The notes under the pieces were generated by a model, which did no database searches, was not told the origin of the DNA, and worked only from the letters and a program-made list of their open reading frames with translations. This document shows, in pieces, positions 31,950-34,513 of a stretch of 34,513 nt of DNA. Origin of the DNA: a virus (Duplodnaviria > Caudoviricetes); the IMG/VR virus record IMGVR_UViG_3300005512_000154, positions 1-34,513 of that record; one strand, given 5' to 3'. The position numbers were made by a program, and so were the translations under genes. Within the stretch, counting starts at the first letter, position 1; each line of letters starts with the position of its first letter.

Positions 31950-32956
31950 ACGGATTCGACCACCTGCCCCGCGATCCCGGCATCTACATGCACGAGCCGC
32001 CATGGGAAGAACTCGCCGAGGTCACCGACACCGCCGGCGCCCACCCGCTGGAGCGGTTCCTGATCGACTGGCCGGCCTTCTGGACCGACGAGGACCAGCA
32101 GCACGACTGGCTCCTCGAGCCGCTGTTCGCCGCCGGCAGGGGTCACGCCATCTACGCCCAGGCCAAGACAGGCAAGTCATGGGTGGTCCTCGCAGCGTGT
32201 GCGGCACTCGCCACCGGCCGGCCCTTCCTCGGCCATCCCGGCGGCACGCCCACCGACGTGCTCTACGTCGACTACGAGATGACAGCCGCCGACGTGCGGG
32301 ACCGGCTCTATGACTTCGACTACGGCCCCGAGGTCGACCTGTCGCACTTCCACTACGCCCTGCTGCCGTCCATCGGGCCACTCGACTCGGACATCGGCGG
32401 CATGGACCTTGCCGAATCAGCCCTGGCACTGGGCGTGTCGCTGGTGGTCATCGACACCACCGGACGTGCCGTAGCGGGTGACGAGAACGACGCCGACACG
32501 TTCCGCAACTTCTACCGCCACACCGGCGCACGGCTCAAGCAGGCCGGCATCGCATTCGTGCGGATCGACCACGCAGGCAAGCAGGCGGACAAGGGCCAAC
32601 GTGGCAGCTCGGCGAAGAACGATGACGTGGATGTCGTGGTGCGGCTGACGAACCTGGACGACGGCAAGCGGTGGACCGCCACCCACCGCCGGATGTCCTG
32701 GTATCCCGAGCAGACCGACATCGAGGTCAAGTCGGGCCAGCGCGGGTACAGCTTCGCCACCGAGCAGCGTGGCTACAAGGAAGGCACCAGCGAATGCGTT
32801 GCCGACCTGGAGTCGCTCGGTGTGCCACTGGACGCCACGCTCGCTGCCGCACAGGCGGCGCTCAAGGGCGCAGACAAGGGCCGTCGCAGGCAGGTGGTCG
32901 CCGATGCACTCAGGTTCCGCAGGGAGTCTGCAACCGACCCGCTGGAGGACTTCTGA
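31946..32956 (+). CDS. RecA-fold AAA_25 (RepA/DnaB-like) helicase
   Basis: WLLEPL, Walker A AQAKTGKS, YVDYE, Walker B VVIDT, DEND, HAGK and RGSSA motifs. Confidence 0.9.
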   Translation: MNGFDHLPRDPGIYMHEPPWEELAEVTDTAGAHPLERFLIDWPAFWTDEDQQHDWLLEPLFAAGRGHAIYAQAKTGKSWVVLAACAALATGRPFLGHPGGTPTDVLYVDYEMTAADVRDRLYDFDYGPEVDLSHFHYALLPSIGPLDSDIGGMDLAESALALGVSLVVIDTTGRAVAGDENDADTFRNFYRHTGARLKQAGIAFVRIDHAGKQADKGQRGSSAKNDDVDVVVRLTNLDDGKRWTATHRRMSWYPEQTDIEVKSGQRGYSFATEQRGYKEGTSECVADLESLGVPLDATLAAAQAALKGADKGRRRQVVADALRFRRESATDPLEDF

Positions 32957-32976
32957 TGTTCCGAATGGCGTTCAAC

Positions 32977-33164
32977 GGTTCCGGGAACCGCTGGGAACCG
33001 CGTTATCCACAGGGCGGAACCGCCCAAAAGTTGTTCGGGAACCCCCAAGGGAATACTGGGGAACCGCGGCGGGAACCGCTGGGAACCGCATCTGGCCCGT
33101 ATCGGGAACCGAGCGGGAGCCTGAAAGGCTCCGCCGGTGACCGGGCTGGCGGAACTCGGGAACC
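32977..33164 (+). repeat. Iteron-like GGGAACC array with a DnaA box; candidate replication origin
   Basis: Eight GGGAACC copies (32983, 32993, 33037, 33059, 33071, 33081, 33104, 33158) plus degenerate and inverted copies; perfect TTATCCACA at 33003-33011. Confidence 0.75.
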
Positions 33165-33170
33165 AACCAC

Positions 33171-33365
33171 ATGACGACCAAGAGCCAGCATCTCAACCAG
33201 GCAAGCCTTCAACTGCACATCGCAGCCTCGGCGCTCGTACACGCCCGACGGCACCTCGCCCACGCCGGCTACGGCCAGGACTCCGCATACCTGACTGAGC
33301 TGGCCTCCTCGCTGTTCGACACCGGACATGACCTTCAACACCACACCATCCACCCGGAGGACTGA
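33171..33365 (+). CDS. Hypothetical protein
   Basis: 64-aa helical ORF, TGATG-coupled to the next gene. Confidence 0.55.
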   Translation: MTTKSQHLNQASLQLHIAASALVHARRHLAHAGYGQDSAYLTELASSLFDTGHDLQHHTIHPED

Positions 33366-33844
33366 TGCCCCGAACACCACGCCCATCCGAACGTGACCGC
33401 ATCCTCCAGGGTGCCGTCGACTACGCCTGCCGCATCGGTCGCGACTACCTGATGGTCACCGCCCGATTGAGGGACTGGTCCGCCGGCCTCGGCAGCGGCA
33501 GCGGCCCCACACCGAAGGGCACCATCTCGGACCCGACCGGGGAAGCTGCGATGTCGGTCGACGAGTTCGGCCGTGCCCGCTCACGGCTCGATGCCCTGGT
33601 GGACTCCATGTGCCGCGACATGTCGGCCATCGAGCAGATCCGGCGGGAGGTGATGGCGCCGCCACCCTCACTCGAGGAGGTGGAACGCCAGCGCAGCAAC
33701 CAGATGGCCGGCACGGTGCAACCGTGCGCCAACCCCCACGGCTGCCCGGATGAGGGGCTGGCTGCCAAGGCCGGCCGCTGTGAGGCGTGTTACAAGTACC
33801 GTCAGCGCAACGGGCGGGACCGACGGGTGAGCGGGAAGTCATGA
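33365..33844 (+). CDS. Putative late transcription regulator with C-terminal Cys4 zinc finger
   Basis: GGAGG RBS; SDPTGEAA motif; CANPHGC...GRCEACYKYRQRNG. Confidence 0.55.
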   Translation: MPRTPRPSERDRILQGAVDYACRIGRDYLMVTARLRDWSAGLGSGSGPTPKGTISDPTGEAAMSVDEFGRARSRLDALVDSMCRDMSAIEQIRREVMAPPPSLEEVERQRSNQMAGTVQPCANPHGCPDEGLAAKAGRCEACYKYRQRNGRDRRVSGKS

Positions 33845-34008
33845 CCCTGGCAAAGAGGCCAGCCGCATGGCTCACCACATCCACCATCACTCAGACATGC
33901 TTCGCCTGTGGCACCGGGATCCCACCGGGGTGGCCGGTGTACGCCAGGATGCGGCGCGGCATGGCGGCCCCGTACTGCTCGAGTGGATGTCGCGACGACA
34001 GCCGGTGA
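33841..34008 (+). CDS. Small zinc-binding protein
   Basis: ATGA overlap; CFACG...YCSSGC. Confidence 0.55.
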   Translation: MTLAKRPAAWLTTSTITQTCFACGTGIPPGWPVYARMRRGMAAPYCSSGCRDDSR

Positions 34009-34017
34009 CGCCGATGC

Positions 34018-34046
34018 TTGACTAGCGTCGGGACATGTGGGAGACT
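34018..34046 (+). promoter_or_regulatory. Candidate sigma70-type (late) promoter
   Basis: TTGACT, 17-nt spacer, GAGACT, intergenic and upstream of the HNH/terminase operon. Confidence 0.4.
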
Positions 34047-34109
34047 TCCGGTAGTTAGGCGTCGTGTGCATTGGCACCGGCGCCTTTGTCGTTGCCGGGG
34101 GTGGCGCCG

Positions 34110-34406
34110 ATGGCACCACGCAAGCCAGCTCACCGCCGGGGCGGATACCAACGGCAAGCAGCCAGGGTGAGGGCGACGGCATACGCCGACCCGACAACGG
34201 CGTGCTGGCGGTGCGGGCTGACACTGGCCCAGCATCCACGGCACAAGTCGGGGCGTGCTCCGTTCTGGACAGCGGGCCACGTCAACGACGGACAGGCCGG
34301 GGGGCCATTGCTTCCCGAGGTGTCGACCTGCAACATTGCAGCCGGTGCCCAGCTTGGCAGTGACCGGGCCCGCCGCCGTCGGCTGCCGACGAGCCGCAGA
34401 TGGTGA
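34110..34406 (+). CDS. HNH-like endonuclease (packaging-associated)
   Basis: CWRCG...WTAGHV...PEVSTCN, TSRRW C-terminus; last gene before the genome end and terS. Confidence 0.75.
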   Translation: MAPRKPAHRRGGYQRQAARVRATAYADPTTACWRCGLTLAQHPRHKSGRAPFWTAGHVNDGQAGGPLLPEVSTCNIAAGAQLGSDRARRRRLPTSRRW

Positions 34407-34513
34407 TCCGGGGGTTCCCCGTGGGGGGTGAGTTGACCCCCCGGTCACCTCCGGTGGTGCCCCCCCTTCCGCTCGGCCCCGATGTTTTTACGGTGACCAC
34501 CCCCCGTGCAGAC

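Noticed and set aside
32977-33164. GGGAACC array as a CRISPR array
   Set aside because: Repeats are only 7 nt with irregular, mostly very short spacing and no cas operon; iterons fit better

Overview
The window looks like an essentially complete, high-GC temperate actinobacterial siphovirus genome (host phylum inferred from a WhiB gene and actinophage-type gene families). It is opened 50 nt upstream of the small terminase gene and ends after an HNH-like gene. Gene order: terS/terL, HK97-type portal, protease and capsid; a glycosyltransferase cassette (GT2 plus a GT-C-like membrane protein) inside the head module; neck and tail genes with a -1 frameshifted chaperone and tape measure; endolysin and holin; a second structural module with a 1060-aa repeat fibre that contains an alpha/beta-hydrolase domain; a metallophosphoesterase and a sigma-like gene; a leftward lysogeny operon (repressor, short tyrosine integrase, small membrane gene); and a rightward early/replication arm (Cro/Xis-like, Rpf/SLT-like lipoprotein, RuvC, WhiB, PD-(D/E)XK exonuclease, SSB-like, ParB-like, AAA_25 helicase, iteron/DnaA-box origin). 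Highlights: (1) an integration-dependent-immunity-type switch whose candidate attP is a non-tRNA palindrome inside the repressor 3' end, where the single asymmetric base is the one that avoids an in-frame TAA, plus a hairpin joining the repressor stop and the integrase start; (2) a GT-A/GT-C pair between the capsid and the head-tail adaptor; (3) an esterase domain inserted in a fibre repeat array between identical in-frame 22-nt repeats. All calls come from reading motifs and synteny by eye; no database searches were run.
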